Below, piece by piece: positions 13,633 to 28,443 of a stretch of 64,000 nucleotides of DNA (position 1 is the first letter of the stretch; each line of letters starts with the position of its first letter). This stretch comes from Vicugna vicugna (taxonomy: Eukaryota). The notes under the pieces were generated by a model. The model ran no database searches, was not told the origin of the DNA, and saw only the letters and a list, made by a program, of their open reading frames with translations. The translations under genes and the position numbers were made by a program. The stretch covers positions 1,984,911 through 2,048,910 of the forward strand of contig MU058531.1 in the NCBI GenBank assembly GCA_013265495.1, written 5' to 3'.

Positions 13633-16600
13633 CAGTTAAGGTAAAGGAATAAGGAAGGTCATTTCAGCCTCTTCCAGGCGTTTTTTCCCCAAACTTTTTT
13701 TCTAAGGACCAGAACCTTCTCTTCCAACAAGTGAGCCTCAATAAATATGAGATATTTGTTCCCTGAACAAGATTGTTCAGGTTGAAGGAGTACAGGGACT
13801 CAGAGCCCCACCTGTCAGGTATCCTTACCCCACAGTGGCCCTTAAAGAATCTCCCTGGATGTTGGGGTTCCATTGACACGACTGGAAAAGTAAAGACTTA
13901 CAGTCCACGGTGGGACCATTCTTTCTAGTTAGCAAGTTCTTTCTCACAACTGTCTTTCTATTATCATAACCACAAACACCAGCCTAATGCCACTTTTACT
14001 GGAGGGCCATTACTTTATCTCCTTTTTGTCTTTTTTTCTACAGTGAAGTTATATTTAGCTATTCTTCATAGGAAATGGTTTTCCATACCCCATATCATCT
14101 TGAACATTCTCCTTCAGATAAACCAAATTTTCCAGTAAGACAACACTTGTCTGTCCAAGCTTCTTGTGTGAACATCCACGGCCCTTCACCATCTGACCTC
14201 TAACCACCTTTCAGATCCTCATTCCCACTATTCCATACATCAGACCCATATGTTCCAGTCACACCAATTCAACCCACTCTTCTGAGTGTATCATTATAAT
14301 ATACTCACCCATCTGGTCAGGATAGGACTCTAGATACACACGTCTTAACATCTGTTCTTCTCTGCTTCCTAGGAAACTCCTAACCACCCTTTCCATTTCC
14401 ATCCACTATTATTTTTCCTATTTTGCCCAAAATGTAAGTTCAAGTCTTTGCTATCCTATCCTGCAGTGTCCATGTACACCAGGTATCAACTTCTAAACCA
14501 TACTTACCATATGGGTTACTAATTAAACCTCTCAATATGTGACATGTTATCAAAGTAATCACTTGAGAACTTCTAAGTCCATGTCTTAAATTTCTCATTA
14601 AAACTGAGAAAGATCATTCAAAATTTGTAATCTGAAAAGATTTTTCTGGAAACGAACCTACGTAAAGAATCCCTGCATCACAGCGCTATCACTGGTTGGA
14701 GAGAGTAAGCACGCAGGCGCGCACATCAGCTGATGTCCACGCGCCCTCACACCTGCGGCCCGACAGCATTCCACTGACAGTCGTTAATTACCACCTTACT
14801 TTTATTTCAGTAGCACATTGCCAAATGGCTCACTAACTGCCCCCACCCAAAGCAAGAAAATCAAGCAAAGTTCTAAGGATTCTAATCACATGACAGAGTA
14901 TTTTACATTTTACACAGACCGGTCTGTCCAAATCACATCTGAAAATGCCTCCTACAAGCACTCAAATAAATAGCTGGCATATGTTCTCAATAAACCATCT
15001 TCTCTGAACCACTTTGTCAAAGTCTCATGAGGTCTCTTCAAACTTTACATAAATACTTAACTTTTACATTATTCAGGACATCCAATGCTTGCTAATCCTA
15101 CAGATCTGAACCCCAGATACAGGTAAGAGATTATATCAAGGGAAGAGAGGGGGAACAAAACGGGTACCGTTGTGCTCAGGGCCCTTCATCAGCTCTCCCC
15201 GTCTCCTCCCGAGCAACAAGGCTCCCCTTGTGCGGGAAGGAGGGTTCCTTCATGGAAGAAACTTATGGAAAAGAACTGACCTGAGAATTTGGGAAGAACT
15301 CCAGCAACAGGGAGAACTGCCCACTCCCCTCACCCGTCCAGACCTCTCAAACGCAGTTTCCTCTCCTAGGCTGGACTTGGAAAAACCTCAGGGAACAGTA
15401 AAACAGATGAAGCCTCAAGGAGAAAGAAAGACTAGGAGGCAATGCACCACACAGTCCTTATACCTTATACCTGACTCCTTCATGCTCAAAGAGCAACCCT
15501 GCAGGGAGTGGGCAGGCAGCACTGGGTCTCTCAAGACATAACTGCTTCTCCGTGTGGTCTTTTCCACCCACCCCTGGTCCCGCCCACTCCCACAACCAGG
15601 TTTCATCCCAGGCCAATTAAATTACAGGCGCTGGTGTGGTCACAGGTGTTTTCTATTTTGGTTCCCATTTTGATTGCAGAACCAGGATTAAGAATCACTG
15701 CTAACTCGAAAGGAAGAAAAGGGGGCGGAGGGGTAGAAGAGGGAAGGGTCAGAAACTAGCATTTGTTAGGTATTTCTTGCCAGGTTTGGAAATCGAGCGT
15801 TGCACACTTAACCTTACTGTTGATAAAAAGGATTAATGTGTCCATTTGGAGTAAAAAACACAGGTAATTTCCCCAAGGACACATAACAACTGAGTGATGG
15901 ATCCAGGAGTTAAACTCAGATCTGTTTGGTCCCCACAAACTGCATTATTTCCATTATATTAAGCTGGGGGGGAAAACAAAAACAAAAACAAAAACTCTAG
16001 TCAGATGACAAAGGTATGTGTGTGTGGAAGGTAACAAAGAAAAGGTGAAGTCTCACACGCTTAACTTTACCTCTAGGTGATCTACATACCAAGTCTTCAG
16101 TCAAATCTCAGATTCCCAGTCTGCAGATACTAGAGGCTTGAGTGGAAGTGTGGTTAAAATTCCTGCCACTAACAAGGGAAACTACATTCTGAAAGTAAAA
16201 CTGATCATTTCTGGAAGTGCACTAATTCTCCACAATCAGTAACGCATTATTTAGCTAACTGTTGCTAGAGAAAACCTGAGTGATCTTTTCTGGAAAACCC
16301 AAAAGAGAAGAAATCACACTGGATTTCTGCTGGCTGGCAGAATATCCTGTGTGTCCAAGTCACAGATGGGTATTTGCTGGCTGTATGACATCAGCAAGTT
16401 CTTTAACCTTTTTTAGAAATGAAGACACTGCCATGTTTCAAACAAGGACTCAATAAAGATGAAAGGATGACCCTGATTCTCAACTTTTCTATCAAAGTGC
16501 CCCTAAAGCAGAGGGCAACGGATCACGGAGCATTCTTACAACTTGCTGAGATCTAGAAAACCCTCTGAAGTCTCTAGCTTTATCTTAAAAACTGCATTTC

Positions 16601-19600
16601 AGTTTTATACACTGCTCTAGCACATAGCCATATTTTGTTTGGATAAGGGAATAATTCTGGGGTAAAACTGGTGCTCAAGGCAAGTCCTGATCACGTCCTG
16701 GCAAACCATTTGAAGCATTACAAAGGCCCAGAGATCTGTGAAAGCACTCTGTAAACTGTTAACTGCAACATCCATATATGTTATTACCATCTTCCAAAAG
16801 GAAAAGTTAAAAATATCTTTAGGAAGGAACTAAGGTGGACTAGACATTCTCTAAGGCTGTTACACTGTGCTTCACACAGTCTCTCTCAGATACCTGCCCC
16901 CTCTTCCAGTCTCACAGACTGAGTACCTACTCCATGGGCTGGGCACTGCCCTTGGAGCCAATGAACAGCTGTGAATAAAAGCTAGTCTCTGCCTTCTGAA
17001 GTATACGTATTAAAGAGAAACACCAACATTAAACACTTAATTACAAGTGTGGTGAGTGCTATAAAAGACAGTTCCAGGTTCTACTGCTTACACAAGTGGA
17101 GAAAGCAAACAGGCAAGTCCACAGGGAAAAGCAGGTAACTTTTCAGTTTGCTACATCTTTAATATTAGGTTGGAAGCACCTGATTCCAGCTCCTGGCACT
17201 TCAGACATATTCACACACACAAGGTACTTCTCCCAAAGTCCAGTAAAGCCAGCCAAGAATATTTCAGACTTTACTTACTTATAATATTCAATGTCAGGCC
17301 ATGTAGACCAGGTTTATCACTCTATGTTTCAGCAAAAGAGAATTTATTAAGCATTTAAAACATAAACAAGGTGACAAGTAATATTAGAAAAATGATTTTC
17401 CCAGAGATGCTGAATTTGTGTTTGTACTAAACTAGCATAAAAATAATGCAACCACTGTTAACGATTAAGTTATCACCCTCAACCTAAAGGCAGAAGGTTC
17501 TGATCCTGGCTCCATCATGTCACCCTAGCCAATTCACACAGTCTCTTGAACCTCAGCTTCCCCATCTGTAAAATGAAAAGGTCGAAACAAAACAACAATG
17601 CCCTGAGGTTCCCTACCATGTTCATGTACAGCATCTCTCCAAAACACTTTAGAACTTGAGTGAATTTATAGATCATGACATCTCTTTCTGATTACCATTT
17701 TCCATTTTTTAATTAGTCATCATTTAGAATATATTCACACCACAACTGTATACTAATTTTACTTCTAAATCTGTTCAGATAGAAACAGGGATCTTGTCTC
17801 CTAGAAGTTCAGAATACTCAAACACAATGTCTTCAATCTGAGAATCTCAGAATAACACCTTCACTGTCTTACTATTCTGCTAAAATAAAATAAAATAAAA
17901 TAAATTATTTACTTATATCCACTCATGGTGAGCTGAAATACAATGTACTCTTCAATTTTCGGAAAATTCCATTTGGAATTCTAGCAAGCCTGGCTCTATT
18001 CCCATTCTGGCATAAAAGCATCATGTGTTCAGCTCCCTCTCTGCCACTTCCTCTCAGCTTAGCCTCTCCCTGAGGAGTGAGGAGTTCACCCTCCGCAGAG
18101 AACGCGAGGGCGGGGAAGAGGCAGCTCAGAGGCCACACAGGAGTCTGCCCAACACACAGTTAATAGCAAAACACTTTCACGTTTCTTCTGATTCAACAAA
18201 TGCTCTGGCAGCTCTCAATTCAGATAGAAATATAAGCAGAGTCTTCCAAAATATTTTGCAGGCATTAATAAGAGGGGAAAAGTGGAAGACAGCATAATCC
18301 AAAGCTTCAAGTTCCTTCGTGCGTCAGCTGTGTGTAAGGTATTAACAGCCAGGGACCTCAGAGTTTCTTAAGCAGGTGAACATCTTTTTGGGTTTTGTTT
18401 TTTTAAAGATATTAAAGTTTTAAGTCTTCAAATATCCAAAATTTTATTCTAGGACTCCTCAACTTATCAGTGTCTTTAAAAGTTTGATAAGGAAGGGTGA
18501 CAGCAAACAATCATCTCTCCATGTCAGAGGGAAAGTGGAACTTCAAATTTCGTATTTGCCTCTTATAACTTGGAACAGACTCTGGTTACAAGCTGAGAGA
18601 CACCAAGAAACAAATGGCATAAAATTTAAATAAAACAACCTCTGTTACAGTACACGCAATCATAAGAGCAGTTCACCTGAACATTAATTATCTACTAGGC
18701 AGACACTATGCTAAGCTTTACAAGATTTATATATAGCCACTTTGGTGATCAATATCTCCATTTTACAGGTGAAGAAACCAGAGGTAGAGGAGTTAAGAAT
18801 GTGGCCCCAAGGTCATATAGATTGTGGAAGGTGGAGCCAGATCCGCCAGATTCTAGACAACACTTTTCATGGCTATGCTAATTCAGTGCTCCAACTTTAG
18901 GTGTCACAAGTCTACTTGGAAGACATCTCCTTGAAGCTGAGTGATACTATCCCTTAAGCACCCTACTCCCTCTGTTTCTAATTCTGTACTCATCAAGCAA
19001 CTTTCTGACAGTCCACTGTTTTTCTAAGCCCATTCTCCACTTGCAGAAAAGAGCTGACCAGTCAAAGGGAATAAAATGGATATACTTGGCAGTGATTCTC
19101 TTAGAGTAAATTATAAGACCAGGCATTCTGGTATTGAACATTAATTTGATCATAAATTTGGTTCATTATACTAATGCTAGAGGCACCAATATCCTTTTCT
19201 GAGGATCATCATAATAAAGGGAGAAGCACCAAGTCAGGCATCAATCCTGTACAAGTCCACACCTGCTAAACTCAACTCTATACCTAGAGTATAATCATAC
19301 ACACACACACACACATACATACACAATCCACAATCAAAGAAGCAAAAACCACCAGCTACTGTTAGTGTTTGAAAAAATCTGGTTGATGGAACTACTACAT
19401 ATATAGCTGGAAATACTCTCAGTAGCTTCCTTCCTCCTCCAGTGGGAAAAATAAAAACACATTATGCAAATTTCTAGTGTTTCTGGTGGAAGGGTAAAGA
19501 AGATAAAAAGAGAGAATTATTAAAAAGTTAAGAAAAAACACATTAACAGTTTACATGGAAGGGGCACACTGTCTCAGAACTAACTTTGTTCTGGAAATCC

Positions 19601-22186
19601 TGGACAAGTGGCAGATCTTACTGATGGGTCGGGATTTCTTCCCATCGCTCCTTCTGTAATCTACAACACTTGAGGACTAATATTTTGAGAAAAGCCAAAA
19701 TTTAGATGCGTCTCTTAGTTTCCTCCTCAAAGTTCTAGCTAGTTCTAACTAGATTCATGGTCTTGAATAGGGAAAATCAGTAGATTCTTTGGCTTTACAC
19801 AAATCTTGCCAGTCCTCCCACACCCTTAACGTCTACAAGTTTATTGTTTTCTATGGTTGATATGCTACCCTCTTCTCCCAAGTTTCATTTTCTAGCTTCT
19901 AGATGACATCAGCAGTGATTCTCAGAGGAAAGTATAGGTGGAAGACATGCACTAGGAATACCAAAAATGGGAAACTGGCCCATTCAAAGCTGGGCAGCAG
20001 TTCTCAGAAGTGAGAATGCTCACCAGACATCTCTGTCTGTCTCATCCAGTCAGGAGAACTGAGCACACGGTGTCTCCAGGAGAGATTTGGGTTTTGGTGA
20101 GATCAAGGAAGTAAAAGAAGAACGGGAGGGGTTTTGAAGACAGTGAATGGCAGCATTATTAACAAGAGTTAGGAAGCATAGATTTTGCATGGCAGAAAGG
20201 GGGAAGAAAAAAGGAACTACAACCGATTCACATTTCCTTTTTTTAAAAAAATTTAACCATTGACTCAATTCTTTTTCATTTTCTTAATTGTCTGAAAATA
20301 CAGTTCAACTTCAACCCAGCCCCTTTCAATAATCGCAAACTCTGTACTAATAAAGATTTAGTCATTTGTGACCCCATCTATAAGAAGGTTCAGGGAAAGC
20401 AACAAGGACAGAACAGGCACAGGACATTAGCTGTTGGGCTGACAAATGGCAGGCATAAAAGGGAAGACAAAAAATGTACAGGTGTGTTGGTGCATGTGTT
20501 ACACACACAAGTCACCAGATGGGCTGGGTCCAACTATACAGAAGGCCAAAAAAAGCTTTCTCACAGCAAATTTGTCAAAACCTGTAGATCTCACAAATAT
20601 CTCCCAAGGAGGATAGTTTGTTTATTCTGATTATTTCAAGTTGAAGTCAACTTTGGAAGAGAACTGGCAGTAAATAATGCAAATGTCAACCTTTGGTTGT
20701 TTTTAGTTCTTTGAAGAGCCAACAAAGCAGTACCCACAGAGTTATCTGGAGACAGATGTGCTCTGGTATCTGCCATAATGTTGCAAATATGCATAATTCA
20801 TCAACATCTGATACAGATATTGACAAAATAACCCTTCTGGTACTTTTAAAAAAATTACAGAATTGCAGAATCTTCATTCTGAAAGCAATCATTAAGATGA
20901 CCTAATTCAATCCCCTTCTCTTGCAGATGAGTAAATTTCAAGGTTCAAAGGGGGATTTCAGCAACATGCACACAGTGGGAAGAACATAAATGAAATCTCT
21001 TATTTAAAAGCAGAGACTTAGAGAATCAAAACCTTTTAAAAAGAAAATCATCACTTCATTTTTTTACACAGGAAATCAAATTATATCCACTCCTTGAAGA
21101 AGAGGACTCACACCATGTCAAATTCAGTCTTTTCTAAAATACATATTCATTCCTTCAGGCAGACACACTATCAAACTGTTCTTTTCCTTTGCATTCAACT
21201 CTAAATCTCATCACCTGACTGTTCTCAGTAAGTTTCACAAAATTGCTGTAGCTCAACAAGTTAAGTGTGTTTATTAATCCTCACCCCAAAATATTTACAT
21301 TTAGAAAAAAAATTAGAGGTAGCAGAATCTGAACGTAAAGTGACCTTTCTTCTAGAAATTAGAAAATAGAGGTGGATAGTTGGGAGAGCTTCCAAAAGAG
21401 AGGATTCTAGCTATTTAGAAAATATGCCATGGAGTGAATGAGGTTTATCAAGCTTGAGGATTATCAAGCAATGCCAGTGGTTCTCAACAGTGCTTGCTGG
21501 AAGGTAGACTACATGTCAGAACAAAAAAAAAAACCATGGAACATACATATTTTAGAGGTAACCTAACATATGCCCTAAGGAACTCCAGTGGCGTATCAAC
21601 TTCCTTACTCAAGCAAGAGGAAAAATGGGTGATACTACAAACCACCCTAGGTTTACCCGGTACGTCTTCCATGTGTCACGGGAGTCAGCTTGTATATTAG
21701 GGAGGGCGAGAGGAGACAAGCGGCTATCACTCATTTGACAGAGGAGAAAACTTAAATCCTGAGGAATTCAAGGGCTTGCAGGGTCCTTTAGACAACAGAC
21801 AATTTCTGTTTAGAGACTGTTCTTCTCTGCAAAGCTATTTGGTCCACAGACGCTAGGAAGGAGAACTGATGCCAGCCAGATATTTCTTCCAGTATTATTT
21901 GATACAATGGCTTTCTACTTAATAAGGTTTCAATGCACCAGAACTCAACCTAACAATTATACTGACAAAACCATCTCTAAGCAGTGGAGCTACTGACACT
22001 ATTCCTACGCAAACTCCACTAACGGGAGACCCCTGATGTCCAGTTTGAAGCACTGCTGGCTATCTACCACAATGAGAGAATTCTGAGTTACAAGTAAATA
22101 CGTTGATTTACTCATTCACATTCTCTATCCCACTCCCTTTCTCCCTTTGCCTCCCTCCTTCCTTCCCTGAGCACCATGGTACGCAG

Positions 22187-22371
22187 CAGGGGATAGCAAA
22201 GCTCTCTGCAAAGGGCCAGACAATAAACAGTTTAGGCTTTGGGGGGCTCTGCACAAAAGCAGCCATAGACAATCCAAAAGTGAATGGGTATGGCTGTGTT
22301 TCAAAAACACTATTTACAAAAAAGGCAGCGGGCCAGTTACAGCTCACAGGGCTGTAGTTTGTCAACCCCTG
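22187..22371. mobile_element. hAT-Charlie MITE relic (MER58A-like)
   Basis: Terminal inverted repeats CAGGGG.../...CCCCTG; internal aagggccaga...gcagccatagacaat...gggtatggctgtgtt motifs. Confidence 0.7.
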
Positions 22372-22379
22372 GTATTGAG

Positions 22380-22569
22380 CATCAGTTCTCAAACTTTAGC
22401 CTATATCAGAATCACCTACAGGATTTGGTGACACACAGATTTCTGGGCCGCATCCTCAGAGTTTCTGATTCAGCAGCTCTGTAGGGGGAGCCTGAGATTT
22501 TGTATTTTTAATAAGTTCCCAAATGAGGCTGATGCTGCTGATCCAGGGACCACACTTTGAGAACATACT
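22380..22569. mobile_element. hAT-Charlie MITE relic (MER5A-like)
   Basis: gttctcaaact...atcagaatcacct...gagtttctgattcag...gatgctgctgatccagggaccacactttgagaac; gttctcaaa/tttgagaac inverted termini. Confidence 0.75.
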
Positions 22570-22714
22570 TTGAAAAACCACCGGTGTAGAATAATAGTCT
22601 AAACTGCACTCAGTGGAAGGTTGAAATGAAATGAACAACTGAGAAAGTGCAAATTACATGGTGTAGACTCAACTGTTAAGCTAATTTTATAGAATATTTC
22701 ATATGAAGACTTAC

Positions 22715-22771
22715 TGTTAAGTGCCATAATATTATCTGTTCCTGGATGATGGAAATTTATTCCCATGCGTC
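22715..22771 (-). CDS. CPEB3: CPEB3 coding exon, 57 nt (G-RMGINFHHPGTDNIMALN)
   Basis: Peptide visible inside ORF 22599-22802(-); acceptor ttttttag|GACGC, donor AACA|gtaagt; phase 1/1, compatible with neighbouring exons. Confidence 0.95.
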
Positions 22772-25700
22772 CTAAAAAATAAAGCAATTTTATTTTAAGC
22801 ACAAAGAAAAGAATGCATCATATAATCATAAATACATTGTACAATATAAAGATCACAAAAAACCCAAAGCGGATTAATCTATAACAATGCTATCAAAGGC
22901 CATAGCAGTTACAACAGTTTTTAAATCAAGTCATAATACATACACGTGAAAAATCTTAAAACAAAGCCAAAGTCTCAATAACAACAAATAAAGCAAAACA
23001 AAACGAAAAAGAAGCTTCCATTATAATAGTAGGAAATTTTAATGCATTTCCCGCATTCCGATTTAAACATGCCAACTCCCTGGATTAAGCATTTTATTTA
23101 AACAATTTATACTGCCCTTCAAATTCAAGCAGCAAAACAATGAATTCAAAGAAGTACATAAATTTTAAACTTAGAGGGAATTAAAAGATAAAGGTTTCTT
23201 AGTGGCTCAAAAATGCAACAGAATGATCAGAATAGCGACCAGAAGAAAGATGTAAGATTTATACAGCAGATAGAGTGGGTAACGATGACTGGCCTAAAAA
23301 TTTAGGGTTCTTATGCTGCTCCTACCTACTACTAACTAGTTATATGACCTTGGGCATAACGCTTGTCTCCAGACCTTTGTCCTTATAGTAACAGGGGGCT
23401 GGCTGCCTGTTCTCGTATGCCGAGCTAAGAATCATTTTTACCTTTTTAAAAGGTTGTAAAAACAAACACAAAAATTAAAAAAACAAAGAATAAGGTGCAA
23501 CAGAGACCATATGGCTCACAGGTCTAAAATATTTACTCTCTGGCCCTTTACAGACAATGTTTGCCATCCTCTGTTCTATAAGATGACAAGTTCAAATGAG
23601 ATGTTTCAACTAACAGTCTCTGGGTTAAAGAGTGGAAGATATATTAATTATTTGGGGAAAGTAGGTGGATGTATCAAAAGAAAAATGAAACAGAGAGAGT
23701 CTTATATGGAAAAAAATGTACTTAGTTTTCTTGACCAATTCCTTCAACAAAATAGTTTTTGGAACAATGCTTTTGTATAAAGATTTTATATATATATATA
23801 TTTTCATGCTCAAATATGTTGATGGTTATCATGAAATTCTCAGGACAATGTTAATTTTATGTCACCACCTTTAAATAAATAAATGTCAACAGTATTTCTG
23901 GGAAGAGTGATAGAGTAAGGTGGAGATAAGGAAGAAGTGATTGAATATTAGAACAAATACAGTGTTACGTAATTGCAAAAGGTCAGTCACCATCTGGTAT
24001 TAAACCCTGTTACAGGGTGCTGAAGGCAAACAGCATTATCAAGCTCCTTTGGCCCAAAAGAGAAGATATCAGAGTGAACAAAGCAGAGCATTTGCTTCTA
24101 ATAAAAAGGAGGGATCATCAATTTCTAGTAAAATGAATTTTTTGCCTAGACAAGACCTCCCTAATTTCTTAAAGACCCTCAGGTCACAGTAATTTGTGAA
24201 AAGTCATTTCATATTAAGGGATAGGGAAAAGACAAAACTCCCATAAGCATAATGTTACTTGATATTGATGGATATGTGTGTGGGGCAGGGGGAGTTGAGA
24301 GAGAATAGAAAAATCATCAGTAACTGATGGATTCTGATGAAACTGTTCTAGTTTACCAAGGCGCATCATAGGACTTCCAGTAAAAATTATTTTTAGTCTT
24401 TATTATGTTAAACTTACTTATTAGGTACATCTATCTCTAGTTGTGTAGAGACTATTTTGCTAGCATTTACATTACAGAAAATTCTTTTTAGAATATATTT
24501 TACTATTTTCTATGGAAAAATCGTATTACTAAAGAATCATCTCTTAAATAATAGAATTGCCTGCTTTATTTTTTATAGATTTTGCAGATCTTTTCATATT
24601 TACTAGAAGCTAATTATTAGGAGTTTCAAAAATTACCCACTGTTAGAAGATACACTTAACAATGTCTATATATATAAAACTGCTTTATGTATGATTTTTC
24701 CAGCTCCTAAGTCATTTCAGAATCCCTAAAAATTAATGTACACCACATGCAATCTCTTACCACACCATGTTAGTCAGAACCTATTATAGGAAATATCGTC
24801 ACCAGAAGAACAGTGGGGAGAATTTACATTCTGGTTTTGGTTAGCTATATCAATGTTCTCTCTTTCATTATTTTCAGATAATCAAGATCCTGTATGGATT
24901 CATTATCACTAAATACTAACATCCAAGAGAACTAGGTGTGACTTACTCATTGTACTCTGAAGTATTCAAACTTAACAGTAAATAACCAGTCACTGGAAAG
25001 TCTGTCTAAAAACCGAATGAGTTCAAAATCACTGCCCATCAGAATTTAAGGAAATGGCACAAAGAGAGGGTTTCTACAATCCTTGACCCAGGAATATTCA
25101 GATGTGGGTGTGATTTCTAAAAGCTCGGGATATTCCCTAAATATTCTCAGAATAATTAAGAGTTATCAACAAAACCAAGCAAGCCCAAATTGAGCTCATT
25201 CAACTTCTTTTATTTCCTCTGTTACAATCATTTACGGTAAAGAACTACATAGTTTACGATCACTATATCAAATAACAGTTTTTATGTTTCTGGGACTATT
25301 TATGTTCTCTCACTTTAAGGGGTGTCCCTCTCCATAGTCCTCCAGATGCCGGCTCCCTTTTGTACTCTTTCCATGAGGTTTTGAGACTTTTCAACCCGAA
25401 AAGATGAAACTGAAAGGAAGCTTGGAAGTTTTCTAATTATCCTCCTCTATCCCACACTGATTACTTTCAATTCAGTTTTTCTAAAGATACAGCAAAACAG
25501 GATCCTTAGGCAATGTTTTGCAGATGAAGGCATGACTACTTGCTGAAAGGTAGAAAAACTTTTTCCTGGTATCCTTCCTAATTCTGTTGGCTTCTTTGAC
25601 ATTAACAGACCTCAGGATCAAAATCATCAACCAAAGACTTTATAAGAAACTCTCCATCAATGTCAGACTCATCAGAACCAATTACTTAAATGTAATCTAA

Positions 25701-28288
25701 TTTTTTACCAACTAAGTGCAAATTACTTTTAATAAAACCACATATGGTTCTTTAAGATACTTTCTTTACCTCTTCAAAAATTAATGTTTAGATTATAAAA
25801 TGCAATATACTTATATTCATTGGAGAAAAATTAGACAATATAGAAAAATGAAGAAAACAAGATCACCAAAGACAAGTTTCGTTAACATTTTGATTTACAG
25901 TCTTCCAGTTTAGGGAGTAGAGATGTATAAAGGTTTCTTTATAATTTTTTTTAATTTAACATATTGTATGCCTTAAGTTTTATACAGTTATCATGGGATT
26001 TTGGAGGAGAGGGAAAATATACAACAGCAAAAGAAAAACTGATTCCAAATTCAGATGAGGCCAATTCTGTTTTCTTCCTTTTGTCCAACAAATACTGCTG
26101 TTTAATCAGCTGTGAAAATAGAATCAAGTGTGTGACATCTGGTGATTTTTGTTAATGCAGTCTGGTGCTGCCAGCGTGACATTTTGTCACCTGTCCACGG
26201 TCTGCTATTTTTAAATTGTTCTTGTCAGCTAGCTATCTTTTAAGTATAGTGTAAAATATAAGGTTTCGAAAACTGGAAGGCATACTTCGTTTTACTGAGT
26301 TAAATGATGCTGTGGAAACCTGAGACTGTGTCCCACTTTCCCCACTGCACAGGCCTGATAGGAAGGGCCGGGGGAGGTTGGGGGGAGACTGGAGAACAGG
26401 GTTACCTATGGCTATTCAGACTATAAAAATCATAGTCTCATAAGCTCAATTTACATTCATGTTAAAAAAAACTGCCTCTACTGTTATTCAAAGTTTCAGA
26501 CTAAACCCATACCTCTACATGTCCAAAATAAAAACTGGAATTCTTATTAATTCATAATTAATAATGAAAGTCACCTCTTCACTTCTGCAATACGTTATGA
26601 GATAGGGAACAGCTGCTGTATCTTCCTCTAATCACCCCCACGCGCTCTAGAAAGTCAAGTCCTCTGGAGACCTCTACATAACAGAACGTGAGTGCTGTGT
26701 TCTAGAAAACACTGAGACACAATGCATGTTCTAATGCATTCTGTCTTCCACCAGTTTTCTCTATAAAGCTCAAAAGACAGTTCCTCAGAAAAAGTATCTA
26801 TAAGATACAATAATATGACATGTAAGAATACAATACAATGGTGTTTCAAGTCCCTTTTAAGGAAAACTGATAGAAGTATGGTAGTATCATATTCCAGCTA
26901 TGTCCCAAAGAACCACGAAGCGAAAGAGGTGAGCTTTGACCTGAGGTCAAATCCTAGTTTCTTTGCATACCAGTGGTGAATAATTTTTGATGTGTTATCA
27001 ATTCCTTTGCGTGTAGGTTTCCTCATTTCAGGCTGTACTCTAGAACAATTAAGTCAGAATTTCCAGGGGGTAGTACCCAGGATTAAAGTACCCATAATCT
27101 TTTTCTTTTAAAACTCTCCGGTGTTTATACTGCTATATTGAAAGGATCACTGGGCAAATTAATTGGAGGTATCTGTAAACAAACAAACAAAAAATCACTC
27201 AACTTCTATACACTGTCCTGCCTTTTGTGTAGAAAAAGAACAATCACTTTGTGCTAACTTAGAACCTGTGCCCTGTTTGTGGAATCTGCTAACTTTTATA
27301 CAAGACAGACTGATATGGGCCAAAGGGAGACAGCACAAAAACAGAACTGGAGCAACAGTTTCAAGTAAGTAAAGAGACTCTATGTTTTTCTGAATAAACT
27401 AAATATAATGAAAGTGCACTTTTTCTAAAACAAGGTGAGCTCAACATTTCACAAAAGGGGCCAATTTTATGGAAGGTGCTACGATACTAAATTTAAAATG
27501 TGATGGATAAAGAAAACATGCCTCTATAACACCAAAAGGGTGGCATTTATTCCTTCTAAGTTTCTGTTGATGTAAATCTTTTAAAGCACCATTGTCAGAA
27601 GATAGCTGCCATTCTTTCTCAGATTCAGTATACATTTGAAAAGCAAACCCTTCAATACCAATTCTCAACTGACACCTGCTCTTTTCATTTTTCAAATTTC
27701 AGTTCCATGAATAGTGAAGGAAGAGGAAATTCAAATACATAAAAATGTTTCATCAGGTACTACCCTAAGTGGTCACCAAGCCTACTCTTCTGCTCTAACA
27801 GGGAGACCACATGGGACGCGGAAAAGGTGACTCCTTCCATCCTGCCAAGACGTCTGCTGCACTGTGTTACCCCAGCCGGGAGGCAGGACCTTGCTTCCAG
27901 TATCACCTACACTGCCCAGTGCACTGTGGTTGCTATTTCCCTCTTCATCTCTCTCATCACTTTGTCCTCTTTGAGGGTGAGAATAATCAAATCTAATGTG
28001 CCTGGGTTTTCAGAGGGGTTCCCCATAGACTAGGTGAGCCTTTACATTAGTAGCAAGTCAGGGGGCAGCTGTAAGGAGGGTAAAAGGATGAACCTTTTCC
28101 CTGCCTCTAATCCTAGCCCTCCCGATCCCAGAAATCCCCTTGATCCTCGTGGTTATGAGAGGAGTTGGCTTTCCCTACAGTCCACTAGAAAAGAGGGCAG
28201 AGGACAATTCTCCCTACCCAGGCCTCACTCACACCTCTACTGATGCAAGGATTTCTGTACTTAGGAAAGAAATAAGGGATGGGGGAGA

Positions 28289-28443
28289 GGGGGAGGGTAT
28301 ACTCAGTGGTAGAGTGCGTGTTTAGGATGCATGAGGTCCTGGGTTCAATCCACAGTACCTCTGTTAAAATAAATTAGTAAATTTTCTAAAAACCTAATTG
28401 CCATCCCCACCCCCCAAAAAAGAACTCCAAAAGGAAAAAAAAA
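28289..28443 (+). mobile_element. tRNA-derived SINE (camelid Vic-1-like)
   Basis: gggagggtatactcagtggtagag...gggttcaatcc head, A-rich tail, degenerate aggaaagaa...gggat direct repeats. Confidence 0.8.

Noticed and set aside
26050..26240. Possible conserved non-coding element with gtgacattttgtcac inverted repeat
   Set aside because: Impression only; cannot be supported without alignments.
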